From Dendrobates tinctorius (lineage: Eukaryota), in contig NW_027361802.1 of assembly GCF_039654945.1 (NCBI RefSeq), positions 5,270,001 through 5,334,000 of the forward strand: 64,000 bases of DNA. Direction: 5' to 3'. Below are positions 37,925 through 49,435 of the stretch, piece by piece. Numbering within the stretch: position 1 is the first letter of the stretch; every line of letters starts with the position of its first letter. The notes beneath the pieces are model-generated. The model did not search any database, was not told the origin of the DNA, and was given only the letters and a program-made list of their open reading frames with translations. Position numbers and translations under genes: made by a program.

Positions 37925-39310
37925 TTAGGGAGGGACTACGGCCTGCAGCACCCTTAGCCTGAAGGTGAGATCTGAGGAGGCACCCATATCTAACCGATAG
38001 TGGTTAAAAAAGGTGGAAGGAGATGACCAGGTGGCCGCCTTACATATCTGGTCAATTGACACTCCAGATCTTTCTGCCCAAGATGACGCCATGGCACGAG
38101 TGGAATGCGCCCTCAAATTCTGTGGAGCTGGACCGCCACCTGCTGTGTAGGCAAGAGAGATAGCCTCCCTAATCCACCTTGCTAACGTACGTTTTGACAC
38201 TCTACATCCTTTCATAGGACCTTGGAAGGATAGAAAACGCATTCTCCTTCTTTCAAGGATCCGTGGCTGATAAATATTTAAGTAGGCATCTCTTAACGTC
38301 TAACGCCTGAAGTTTTTGTTCCTTAGGATTGGTCGGATTAGGGAGGAAAGAAGGCAGAACTATCTCTTGTGTCCTGTGAAAGTGTGATGCTACTTTGGGA
38401 AGGTATGCCGGTCCGGCCTTAGGATTACTCTATACTGTAAGAACTCTGTATAAGGGGGCAATCTGGAAAGTGCCTGTATGTCGCTTATTCTATGTGCGGA
38501 TGTTATCGCTACCAGAAAAGCTGCCTTAAGTGATATAACTTTTAGTGAGGCCGAATCTAGAGGTTCAAATGGTCTTTCTGTCATGGCTGTAAGGACTAAT
38601 TTTTAGTCCCAAGGTACACATCTGTCCTTGTGTATGGGTGTCGATCTAGCAGCTGCTTTGATGAACCTAGTCACCCAATAGTTGCTGGCAATATCACATG
38701 CAAATAGGGCCCCTTAGGCTGAAACCTGTACTTTTAATGTACTTGTGGAGAGACCCAATTTGAGACCCCTCTGGAGGAATTCCAGAATCTGCTTTGTGGG
38801 AATTCCGTTCCTGACATCAAACTGAAAGGTGGACAGGAATTGCCTCCAGGTTCTAGCATAGATATTTGTGGTAGTTTGTTTTCTGCTTTTCAGGAGGGTA
38901 TCAATTAAATTTTTGGAGAACCCTCTATCCTTTAATAGTGTCCTCTCAAACACCACGCCGTCAAATGAAGCCCCGCTACCTGTGGGTGGCTGCCTGGCCC
39001 CTGGTAGAGGAGATCCGGACGGTTCGGCAGTACCCAGGGATCGCATACAGACATGGTCCTTAACCATGCGAACCAGGTCCTTCTGGGCCAAAAGGGGGCA
39101 ATTAATATGACCCATGCCCGATCCTCCCTGATCTTCCTTACTACCAGAGGTAGGAGGTTTAATGGCGGAAAGGCATATGCCAGAGAGAAGTCCCATCTTA
39201 TCAGGAGGGTGTCCACTGCCAGTGGATCTTCCCTGGGATTCAGAGAGCAGAATGTTTTTTCCTTTCTGTTTTCTTTGGTGGCAAAGAGGTCTACCTCCGG
39301 CTGACCCCAC
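37925..39310 (-). pseudogene. DIRS tyrosine recombinase, disrupted
   Basis: LKLGLSTSTLKVQVSA, FLVAITSAHRISDIQAL, RAHSTRAMASSWA and AATWSSPSTFFNHY in three fragments. Confidence 0.9.
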
Positions 39311-40807
39311 TTGCGGACAATGTGGTTGTAAATGTCCGTGTTTAAAGTCAATTCTCCTTGCCTAAGGGCCCTGCAGCATAGAAAGTCTGCCTTCATGTTG
39401 TCTTTTCCCCTGATGTGGAGCACAGTTAAAGATCGAAAATTTTTCTCGGCTATCTGAAGACGTTCCGTTATCCGCATCAGAGCCTTGGAGCGAGTTCCAC
39501 CTTGGTGGTTGACATAGGCTACTGCTACCTGGTTGTCCGAGAGTATCCTCACATGATGACCCTGTAGGTACATAATGAGTTCTTTAACTGCCAACTCAAT
39601 CGCCAACAGCTCCCTCTGGTTAGATGAGGTCTCAGCATCGGAGTCTCAATGTCCCTGTACCACTATGTCCCCCATATGGGCCCCCCAACCCAAAGGGCTA
39701 GCGTCTGTGGTTAATATGCGGGTTATCTGCGTCACCCAGGGCACCCCTGAGGATAAGTTTCTGTCATCGAGCCACCACCTAAGAGATGTAAGAGTTAAAG
39801 GGCTTAGCGATACTTGACCCTGTAGGGAGCCCCAAAGGCCCTGCTATTAACTAGGACGTCATTCTGAAGGGCTCTAGTGTGGAATTGTGTCCACCTGACT
39901 GCTGGGATACATGAGGTTAGAGAGCCTAACAGAGACATGGCCTGCCTGAGGGTCATGGAGGGCTTATTAATTGCCTGAAGAACCTGCTGCTGTATATATT
40001 GTAATGTATCTAATGGTAACAGACACTGCTGAGTTTCTGAACTTAACAGTAAGCCTAGAAACTTTTGGACCCTTAAGGGCTGAAATTGGGATTTCTCGTA
40101 ATTTATTATCCATCCGAGGCTCTCTAATCTGGACTTAGCCTTCTCTATCTGGAATAGACAATGGTCCACCGAATTACCCACAATCAAAAAATCGTCTAAG
40201 TATGGGACAATTAAGATATCAACCTCCCGCAAATTAGCCATAACTTCGGCCACTATCTTCATAAAAACCCGGGGCGCTGCTGAGAGACCAAAGGGAAGGG
40301 CTCTATACTGATAATGACGGATTATACCGTCTATTGAAACCGCCACTCTCAGGAACTGCTGGGAATCTGCGTGGATAGGAACATGATAGTACGCATCTTT
40401 CAAGTCCACGACTGCCATAAACACCCTTCAAACAACATTTTTATTGTTGAATTGATGGATTCCATTTTGAAGGTGCGATTAACCAAAAACTCATTAAGGA
40501 AACGTAAATTCATAATCATTCTAAATGTTTTATCCGGTTTTTGGATTAGGAATAAGGGAGAGTAGAAACCTCTACCCCTCTCAGATTCCGGAACCTCTAC
40601 CAGGACGTCTTTCAGGCACAGGCTCAAGACCTCCGCTTCCAGAGCAGCTTGTTCGAGGGGTGAAGAGCTTAAGGGAGTTGGTTTAAAGGTATCCCGTGGA
40701 ACATAACTGAATTCCAACATGAGCCCGGTGGATATTACATTCTGCACCCAGTCACTATTGGTGATCTGTAACCATGCTGGGAGGAAGGATGACAGTCTAC
40801 CCCCCAC
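38932..40807 (-). pseudogene. DIRS RT / RNase H / Dam-like methyltransferase domain, frameshifted
   Basis: DLKDAYYH, LPFGL, YLDD (RT); SDNQVAVAYVNHQGGT (RNase H); VDLFAT and YAFPP (MT-like). Confidence 0.92.
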
Positions 40808-40819
40808 GGGAATTGCTAG

Positions 40820-42230
40820 TCATTGGTTCAGTTTCTTTCGTTCTCTCGACGAGCGCCTAAACATGAAGCCTGTACCTCTTCTCCTTCTATCTTCCCATCT
40901 GGGCCAGTCTCTATTAGGTAAAGGATTGCGCCTTCTCCTTTGACCGAATCTCCTATTAAATGGACGTCGGTAGGATGCGGGCCAAAGATTTGGGAACTTT
41001 TTCTTATCGTCCCCGGCTTTCTCAAGCAGTTCATCCAGGACTGCTCCGAACAAATATTCCCCCTCACACGGCATAGTACAGCGTTTCGCTCTGGATTGAA
41101 TGTCTCCCTGCCAACACTTCAGCCACAGGGCTCTACGAGCCACATTAGAGAGTCCTGCTGCCCTAGCGGCCATTCCTACTGCATCAGCAGAGGCATCCGC
41201 TAGGAAGGCTGCGGCCTCCTGGATTATTGGTAGGGCCAAAAGAATTGTCTGTCTAGACATTAGCTGTTTTAACTGCGACTCTAACTGGTCCAACCAGACT
41301 ATCATAGACCTGGCCGTGCATGCTGATGCTACTGCTGGCCTTAAAGAACCGGCTGCCATTTCCTTTTAAGGAAGGTATCTGCCTTCCTATCTAAAGGATC
41401 TTTAAGGGAACCCATGTCCTCGAAGAGTAGTGAGGATCTTTTTGACACCTTCGCGATTGCCGCATCTAATTTTGGGGCCTTGTCCCAAGTGTTCACAGTC
41501 GGATCATCGAAGGGGTATCTACGCTTGAGGGCTGGTGGTAGCGACCCTTTATCTGGTTTCTTCCACTCTCTGCGGATCAGATCTTGAATTTTTTTGTTCA
41601 GTGGGAAGACTCTTCGCTTCCTCTGCTCCAGCCCCCCCGAACATGACATCCTGCATGGATAACTGAGGTTTAGGCTCCTCCACTTCCATTGTCCCTCTGA
41701 CTGCTTTTACCAGCTTGTCTACTCGGTCAAGCGGCAGACAAAACCGACCCGAGTCCTCTTCTTCTGAGGAGGACGAGGGAGATGAAACATGGGAGCCCTT
41801 ACTTCTCCTCCATTCTCCCGAGGAATCAGACTCCACAGGGTCCCCACCCCTTAAGCTTTCTGGTTGGGACAGGGATCTCAGGGTTTCTTTCATCTCTGCC
41901 CTGACTATGTCCCTTAAGCTTGCAGCTACCATGGGCGACTCTTCCGCCACTCTCTGCTGGATGCAGGGGGGACACAACCTTTTGGGGCATGAGTCTGGTA
42001 ACGGGCATGCACAAAGTGCGCATTTTCTATGTTTGGTTTTACTCGTAGCTTTCTTTCCCGGATAATGAGGGGGATCTTTCTCAGTCGATGCTCCTGTCCG
42101 CCTAGAGGAGCTTTTATGACTGGATTGGTCACTTCGTCCTGCACTCTCCTTACTGTCACGGGACTCTTTCTTCTTTTGTTTGACCTGCCGAAGGTCATCC
42201 AGTGGTGGCAGTGATGATTGTCGCTGCTGC
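40820..42230 (-). pseudogene. DIRS gag-like ORF1, frameshifted
   Basis: CALC...CPPC zinc finger, KRRYPF, LKDPLDRK, ARRALWLK and LFGAVLD motifs upstream of RT. Confidence 0.8.
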
Positions 42231-43190
42231 TGCTGCTGCTCCTGATCGCTCTCCATTACTGTGTGCAATGTGGTCAAGGCATGGCACCCATCTAGGGTCC
42301 CGCCTCTGTACCCCACCTCCGGACAGCAGAATTTCCTCCTGCCGTGCCCTCCCCCCAATAGAGCCCCCCTCCCCAGCTGGTGCCGCCCTGGCAGGTGAAC
42401 CGGCACTTACCGGCGCCTGTCTGATGGGCACCGCCATCTTGGGTCCTTGCACCTGCGCAGTGGCGCCGCCAACCCAGAAGCGCCCCCAGGCTCCACCCCC
42501 TGACGCCACCGTGACTCCGATGTGACCGGAAGTCACACGGGACGCCTGGGCGTTCCAATATGCAGCGCTCCCCGGCCTCAGCACCCTGCAGCCGTGCCGG
42601 CCCCCCTGACCACCGCGACTGCGCCGCCGGAGCCGGGAGCCCCCGGGGTGCATACTTACCGGCGGCGGCTGATCCTCTTTTATGGAGACTGAAATCCTCC
42701 GGACGCCGCTCCCTGCTGCACACGCCACCGCCGTGCCACCCATCCCGGGCCACCGTGGCATCCTCCAGGAGCTCCGCACCAGGCCGAGGTAGAAGATCCC
42801 CCTCGCTACCTTTACCGGCCGGCCTGGGATCTGTCTGTAGGATCCCGTCCCCTCAGGAACAGGAAACCAACTGATGTGTGGGAGAAGTGCCGCTCTTTTG
42901 TATCTGTAGGTTTCCTGTTCCTGAAGGGCGGATCCCCTCTCTCGTGGTGATGTCATGGGAGTCCGAATAAAAACTGTTTTTCATACCTAGCCAGTTATGA
43001 GTGATCTGCAGTCACTTAATAGAAAATTAATCTGGACTTAGGTCCGCAAAACCACAAATCTATGACTGCTCAAGTCAGTTAGGATGAAGCCATAGGAAGG
43101 TTAAGAAAGAAATTGTTATAAAAACTATACTAAAACAGGATTTTGAGATACTGACCCTTTAAAAATAGATGAAATACTGATAATGGCAGT

Positions 43191-45948
43191 TGTGAAGATC
43201 TAGAGTTGTGGGTGTTAGTAATCACCTAGGCAGGTTAACGATGCAACAAGTTTTATTTGTATCCATACAAGCATTTCAGTAAGTCCAGGAAGATGACCCC
43301 AATGTAATGTCTCCAGTCCACGGGATCAGCAACAAGTCAGTAAAAATAGTCCATGGGATAATTCCTAGGGGAATATAGATCTCACGACCGAAGCTCGAGA
43401 ACTTAGTTCCAAGTTCGATAGTCCATTCATGGGTTCCAGGAGCGGCCTTAACTATGCTCCCCAGACACAAATGCACTCCCCATCAAGTCTCTCAACTCTA
43501 CGCCCAACCCCTTTCACCAATGTACATTTAATTCACACCCAGTGAAGTCTCCGGCCAGTCTGGAGTGGTATGAACCCAAGTGGCCCCCCTGCTGAGAGAA
43601 AGAAAGGCACATATTCCCACACCAGATAAGGTCATGGCATGTAAATACAACATAAATTGAGGTAACTAGTCATCTGTGCTGGGAAAGTATTTTCAGTTCC
43701 TCACATTCCTCCCCCACTTTTCCAGCACAGCAAGTATTGGGCTCTAATTCATGAAATTGACTATCCTTCTTCTGACGACAATTACCAGAGTTCGTGGCTT
43801 CCTCAGTCTGTCTCGATAGTCCAGCATTCCCATGGTCTTCTGATGCTGCGGGAATGAGTCTTTGGCTTCGGGTTGCGACACTGGTCCAGTGGCACACCAA
43901 CCCTGCTCCTAAGTTGTTGCCCAGCAACACATCCACAGGTAGGTGTCGCACTACCCCCACATCCACCATTCCCTTGCTGTGTCCCCAGTCTAAATGTAGT
44001 CGGGCTATCCAAATGTTCAGAGATTCTCCTCCAGCTACGTGGACTCAAATGTGCCCGGCATTCCCTGGCGAAGTGTCCCCTGCGTCCGCAGTTATGGCAG
44101 CTTAATCCACCTCGCCCTGATGTGGGCCATACTTGGGGTTTTGGGGGACCTCCCCCTCTTTTCTCGCCCCCAGCATTCCAGCCCCATTGCAGTACACTGT
44201 TCACAGGTTGGAAATGCGGATGACGTGGACCCGAATGGGCCCGGCATTCCCTTGTGAAGTGTCCTATGCATCCACAGCTATGGCAGCTTAATCCCCCTCG
44301 CCCTGATGCTGGCCGTACTTGGGGTTTTTGGAGACCTCCCCCTCTTTGTAGAGTACGAAATCCTCGCAGTTCCTCCTCTCGCTGGACCATTGGTCTCACT
44401 GGCCTCTCGGGAAGCCCCTGTTCCCGACTTGCCGGAGCTGTTCTCCCACACCACCCTGGACGATTGGCAGACCAATCATCAGCCAATCTTGCAGCCTCCT
44501 CCAGACTCCGTGGTTTTCTATCCGCCACCCATTCCTTTATGTCACGTGGGAGCTTGGACATAAATTGCTCCCGCATGAATATATCCAAGACATGTTCAGT
44601 TTCCCGAGCTCCCAGTCCTTCGATCCACCGAGCACATGCTGTACATAATGTGTTGGCAAACTCCCGGTGTGTATGTGCATTGGGCTTTTCAGTCTCCCGA
44701 AACTTCCTCCGGTAGGTTTCAGGTGTGACGGCATACCTCTCCAGTAATGCGCTGCGAATGGTAGCGTAACACCTCTGATCCCCAGAAGACAAGTTATTAA
44801 AAGCTTCTCTGGCTTTCCCGGTCAGTCCAACACTCAAAAATCTCGGCCAGTACTCAATGGACACCTCATGAAGCAGGCAGAGGTTCTCAAATAATCGAAC
44901 ATGGTCATCAATACCCGTGGTGTCTTCATTAAACTGTGGTATGTCCCGGTACCTCAAAGATGCGGGTCCCTCTCTCCTGTTATCCACTGTCATCTGCGCA
45001 GAGGGTGGTGGGGTTACGGCTACATGGACACCCAGATATTTGCTTATCACAGCCGCCCGTTCTCTTTCTGTGGCCCGCTCTCCTAGCGCAGCCAGCACCC
45101 GCCCCAACTCGGTCAATCGATCCTCTGCCATCGGAATGATTGCCCGCGGCTGTTGTCCCTCCACTGGGCTGTCCTCTTCTACATCTGGACTGATCTCCTC
45201 CTGTGGGTGTTCTCGATCCCACTCATCCAAGCGTTGAATTAGGGCCATCCGGTTGTCCGCCATCGACCACTCCAGCTCTCTCCCAGAGCACAGGGCTCTC
45301 GGCTGCTCCTACTTGAGTCTCTTGTACATGGAGTCTGCCATCTCTTCTGCCAAGTCACCATCAGTAACTTTCTCTGTTACGCTGTTCAGAGATAGGTGAT
45401 CCCACTTCTGCCACCACTTGTGAAGATCTAGAGTTGTGGGTGTTAGTAATCACCTAGGCAGGTTAACGATGCAACAAGTTTTATTTGTATCCATACAAGC
45501 ATTTCAGTAAGTCCAGGTAGATGACCCCAATGTAATGTCTCCAGTCCACGGGATCAGCAACAAGTCAGTAAAAATAGTCCATGGGATAATTCCTAGGGGA
45601 ATATAGATCTCACGACCGAAGCTCGAGAACTTAGTTCCAAGTTCGATAGTCCATTCATGGGTTCCAGGAGCGGCCTTAACTCTGCTCCTTTCGCTTCAGA
45701 TCCCCAGACACAACTGCACTCCCCATCAAGTCTCTCAACTCTACGCCCAACCCCTTTCACCAATGTACATTTAATTCACACCCAGTGAAGTCTCCGGCCA
45801 GTCTGGAGTGGTATGAACCCAAGTGGCCCCCCTGCTGAGAGAAAGAAAGGCACATATTCCCCCACCAGATAAGGTCATGGCATGTAAATACAACATAAAT
45901 TGAGGTAACTAGTCATCTGTGCTGGGAAAGTATTTTCAGTTCCTCACA
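43191..45948 (-). mobile_element. Non-autonomous gag-only Gmr1-like Gypsy LTR element
   Basis: LTRs 43191-43705 and 45419-45948, perfect TSD GCAGT, PBS TGGTGGCAGAAGTGGGAT, PPT next to 43705, no RT or integrase. Confidence 0.93.
43803..45263 (-). CDS. gag: Gag with SCAN-like capsid domain and two CCHC zinc knuckles (486 aa)
   Basis: PETYRRKFR...RW...EQFMSKLPRDIKEWVADRKPRSLEEAARLADDW (SCAN-like); CHSCGCIGHFTREC and CHNCGRRGHFAREC. An in-frame upstream ATG at 45341 is cut off by TAG at 45311-45309. Confidence 0.85.
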   Translation of the reverse strand: MADNRMALIQRLDEWDREHPQEEISPDVEEDSPVEGQQPRAIIPMAEDRLTELGRVLAALGERATERERAAVISKYLGVHVAVTPPPSAQMTVDNRREGPASLRYRDIPQFNEDTTGIDDHVRLFENLCLLHEVSIEYWPRFLSVGLTGKAREAFNNLSSGDQRCYATIRSALLERYAVTPETYRRKFRETEKPNAHTHREFANTLCTACARWIEGLGARETEHVLDIFMREQFMSKLPRDIKEWVADRKPRSLEEAARLADDWSANRPGWCGRTAPASREQGLPERPVRPMVQREEELRGFRTLQRGGGLQKPQVRPASGRGGLSCHSCGCIGHFTRECRAHSGPRHPHFQPVNSVLQWGWNAGGEKRGGGPPKPQVWPTSGRGGLSCHNCGRRGHFARECRAHLSPRSWRRISEHLDSPTTFRLGTQQGNGGCGGSATPTCGCVAGQQLRSRVGVPLDQCRNPKPKTHSRSIRRPWECWTIETD

Positions 45949-46675
45949 GCAGTAGTGATGTAGCTGGCCCCAGGCTTCTATGTCTAATCACAAACTACTA
46001 GTGAATAAAATAGACATGAAGTCAGGACATAAATTAGTATATAAGCGTCTAGACAGTAAAAGTAGTTAAATACCATGAATAACCCATCAAATGCGTTCCA
46101 AGCCACTTATCACTTGTTTCACCCTGGCTTCCTCTGGGAGCATGTGACAGCACATAATCTGTTCTTTTTAAAGGGTCATTAACACTTGCTGAATCCTGTT
46201 TAGTATAGATTTGTTATAAAAGTATATTTTAATAAATGTTAAGTTTTATTTAGCTCTATGGCTCCAAGTTCTGTTGGGTTTAATGCCTCTATAATGGAGT
46301 GATCCTTACTGTACTGCCTTGTGATAGAGGTCTAATTGAGTTAATTTTTAGGATGTACATATTGTATGAAAGTAATCCACTTGAAAAAAATCAAAAGGGA
46401 ACCCTTTATCAGATTCTCTCAGAATTACAGCATAGAGCTTCTAATTTCAAATGACAAATCATGAGTCATGATAGAATATTATTAATAAGTTAAATTGCAC
46501 TAAAGGTTAACTTACTAGTTTTCCTTCTAGCAGATCTTCTTTACCTACAAGACATAGATGTCACTGAGAAACTTCTGCCTCATTTAATATGTTCATTGCA
46601 TAATACAGCAGTTTAATAAAGATTTCATTTATGGTAAGAGATCAGAAAAAGAAGGTTCTATTTTTATAGTTGAAA

Positions 46676-48458
46676 CTAACTGAAGAGCCTGGCGCTGCCC
46701 GGGCATAGTAACTAACTGTGGTTAGTTATAACAAATTATAATTATCCTCCATCCCATAGTCCCGTGCCCCTATACCCATCACACATCCTCCATCCCATAC
46801 GCCCATGCCCATATACCCATCATACATATCCTCCATCCCATAGTCGAGTGCCCATATACCCATCACACATCCTCCATCCCATAGACCCATGCCCATATAC
46901 CCATCACACATCCTCCATCCCATAGTCCCATGCCAATGTAGCCATCATACATATTCGCCATCCCATAGTCGAGTGCCCATATACCCATCATGCATATCCG
47001 CCATCCCATAGTCCCGTGCCCATATACCCATCACACATCCTCCATCCCATAATCCCATGCCCATATACCTGTCATACATATCGTCCATCCAATAGTCCCA
47101 TGCCCATATACCCATCATACATATTCTTCATCCCATAGTCCCATGCCCATATACCCATCATACATATTCGCCATCCCATAGTGGAGTGCCCATATACCCC
47201 TCACACATTCTTCATCTCATAGTCCCATGCCCATATACCCATCATACATATCCTCCACCCCATAGTCCCGTGCCCATATACCCATCATACATATCCGCCA
47301 TCCCATAGTCCCGTGCCCATATACCCATCATATATATCCTCCATCTCATAGACCAGTGCCCATATACCCATAACACATCCTCCATCCCATAGTCCCGTGC
47401 CCATATACATATCCGCCATCCCATAGTCCCGTGCCCATATACCCATCATACATATGCTCCATCCCATAGTCCAGTGCCCATATACCCATCACACATCCTC
47501 CATCCCATAGTCGAGTGCCCATATACCCATCACACATCCTCCATCCCATAGTCCCATGCCCATATACCCATCATACATATTCGCCATCCCATAGTCCCAT
47601 GCCCATATACCCATCATACATATTCACCATCCCATAGTCGAGTGCCCATATACCATCACACATCCTTCATCTCATAGTCCCATGCCCATATACCCATCAT
47701 ACATATCCTCCATCCCATAGTCCCGTGCCAATATACCCACCATTCACATCCGCCATCCCATAGTCCCGTGCCCATATACCCATCATACATATCCTCCATC
47801 CCATAGTCCAGTGCCCATATACCCATCACACATCCTCCATCCCATAGTCCCGTGCCCATATACCCATTATACATATCCACCATCCCATAGTCCAGTGCCC
47901 ATATACCCATCACACATCCTCCATCCCATAGTCCCGTGCCCATATACCCATTATACATATCCACCATCCCATAGGCCAGTGCCCATATACCCATCATACA
48001 TATTCTTCATCCCATAGTCACATGCCCATATACCCATCATACATCCTCCATCCCATAGTCAACCATTATGACATCATAATGAGCGGCGGGGCTTGCAACC
48101 TATGATGAGATCAGCGTCGCCATGGCAACCATTGTGACATCATAATGAGGGGCGGGGCTTGATACGCACACACTTTTTCCCCAGTATGCAAATAGGGCAT
48201 TATGACATCATAATGAGGGGCGGGGCTTGACGTGCACACACTTTTTCCCCAGTATGTAGACAGGGGCAAAATTGTTTGGTGAATTGGAACGTGCGGGGTT
48301 AAATTTTTGCCTCACAACATAGCTTAGGATGCTCTCGGGGTCCAGACGTGTGACTGTGCCAAATTTTGTGGCTGTAGCTGCGACGGTGCGGATGCCTATC
48401 CCGGACATACACACATACATACACACACACACACACACTTTGAGCTTTATATATTAGA
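46676..48458 (-). mobile_element. Non-autonomous Helitron
   Basis: Minus strand A|TCTAATATATAAAGCT 5' end; 3' GC hairpin GCCCGGGCAGCGCCAGGC then TTAG|T (CTAG variant); A/T target and no TSD. Confidence 0.82.
46745..48060. repeat. 43-45-bp minisatellite (about 30 copies) inside the Helitron
   Basis: Unit CATCCTCCATCCCATAGTCCCGTGCCCATATACCCATCA(TA)CA in head-to-tail tandem. Confidence 0.95.
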
Positions 48459-49435
48459 TAGCGCTATCACACTACTACTAGGGCTCATTCAACACTTTGA
48501 TGGTGGGTACAAAATGCTCAAGGAGATAAAGGATATTAATGAGTACTTTTTTTTACTAAAATTAGACATGAGAATATATGAGGAAGCCTAGAAGAACAAC
48601 TTTAGCGACCCTTAGGAAGTGAGCACATACTTTGAAAATGATTTTTTCGAGTATGTGAACAAAGAATACAAAGCTTTAATTACCGCTGAATCTATCAGCC
48701 ATGCTAGAATGAGTTTTTACATCTGAACCATACACTATAAATTTATGAACACTAATTTTTACATCTGAACTGTTCACTATAAATGTATGAACACGGTAAG
48801 TGTGACTGTCACATCTCTTCACAACACATTTGGAAAGCATACCCTTGTCATTTCTCTGATGTGCTAGCAAAGACAGGCAACTCCTTGGGGAAGATGAGAG
48901 AGAGAGATGCAAATTAGAGTCACACCTTCTTATCTGATTTGTTATCACTTCGAGCATTGATAAACAACACTTTCGGAAATTGTGTTTTTTTCTTCTTTTG
49001 CCAAAAATAAGTAATCCATGGCTAAAACACAACTGCCTCAATCAATCGCTAAAGTAGTGCATATCATGCATGATAAAACTGACACAATTTGTGAGACTTG
49101 TTTTCAAAATATTTCTACTCCTTTCATTGAACATTTACATAAGTTAAAAGTCATCCAATCCCGATAACTTCGCAGCAAGAAAAATGTATTTCCGCCCACA
49201 GCTTATTCTAGGTTTCAGTAATTAGACAACACCTTTACATTTTTGGCTCTTCTCTCACTTCTGTCAATCAGTAAAAAATATGACAAATCTCTGTTCATTC
49301 CATTTGACTTACTATTATATTCATTAAAACAATCAAACACTTTTAAAGCAGAAATATGATGAAAGTTTTTATTGAGTTTAGTTGTTTGCATGCCTTTTAG
49401 CTGCTTTATGTTGCTATAAAACCCTATGTGGTTAA

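Larger units (their letters stand above)
37516..42971 (-). mobile_element. DIRS1-like tyrosine-recombinase retrotransposon, structurally complete but coding-defective
   Basis: Inverted terminal repeats (about 37550-37650 and 42866-42971), internal complementary region 37818-37903, gag, RT-RH-MT and YR remnants. Confidence 0.95.

Noticed and set aside
42195-42956. Several overlapping GC-rich ORFs up to 253 aa
   Set aside because: They lie in the GC-rich DIRS 5' region and terminal repeat; stop scarcity explains them and no domain is recognisable.
36472-43158. A single TTAA MITE enclosing the Harbinger MITE and the DIRS element
   Set aside because: Both ends show TTAA|AGGG but the putative TIRs do not match beyond four bases.
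46726-48017. Repetitive ORFs (MMGIWALDYGM...) and a CRISPR-like periodic appearance
   Set aside because: They are translations of a head-to-tail minisatellite with no unique spacers and no cas genes, in eukaryotic DNA.
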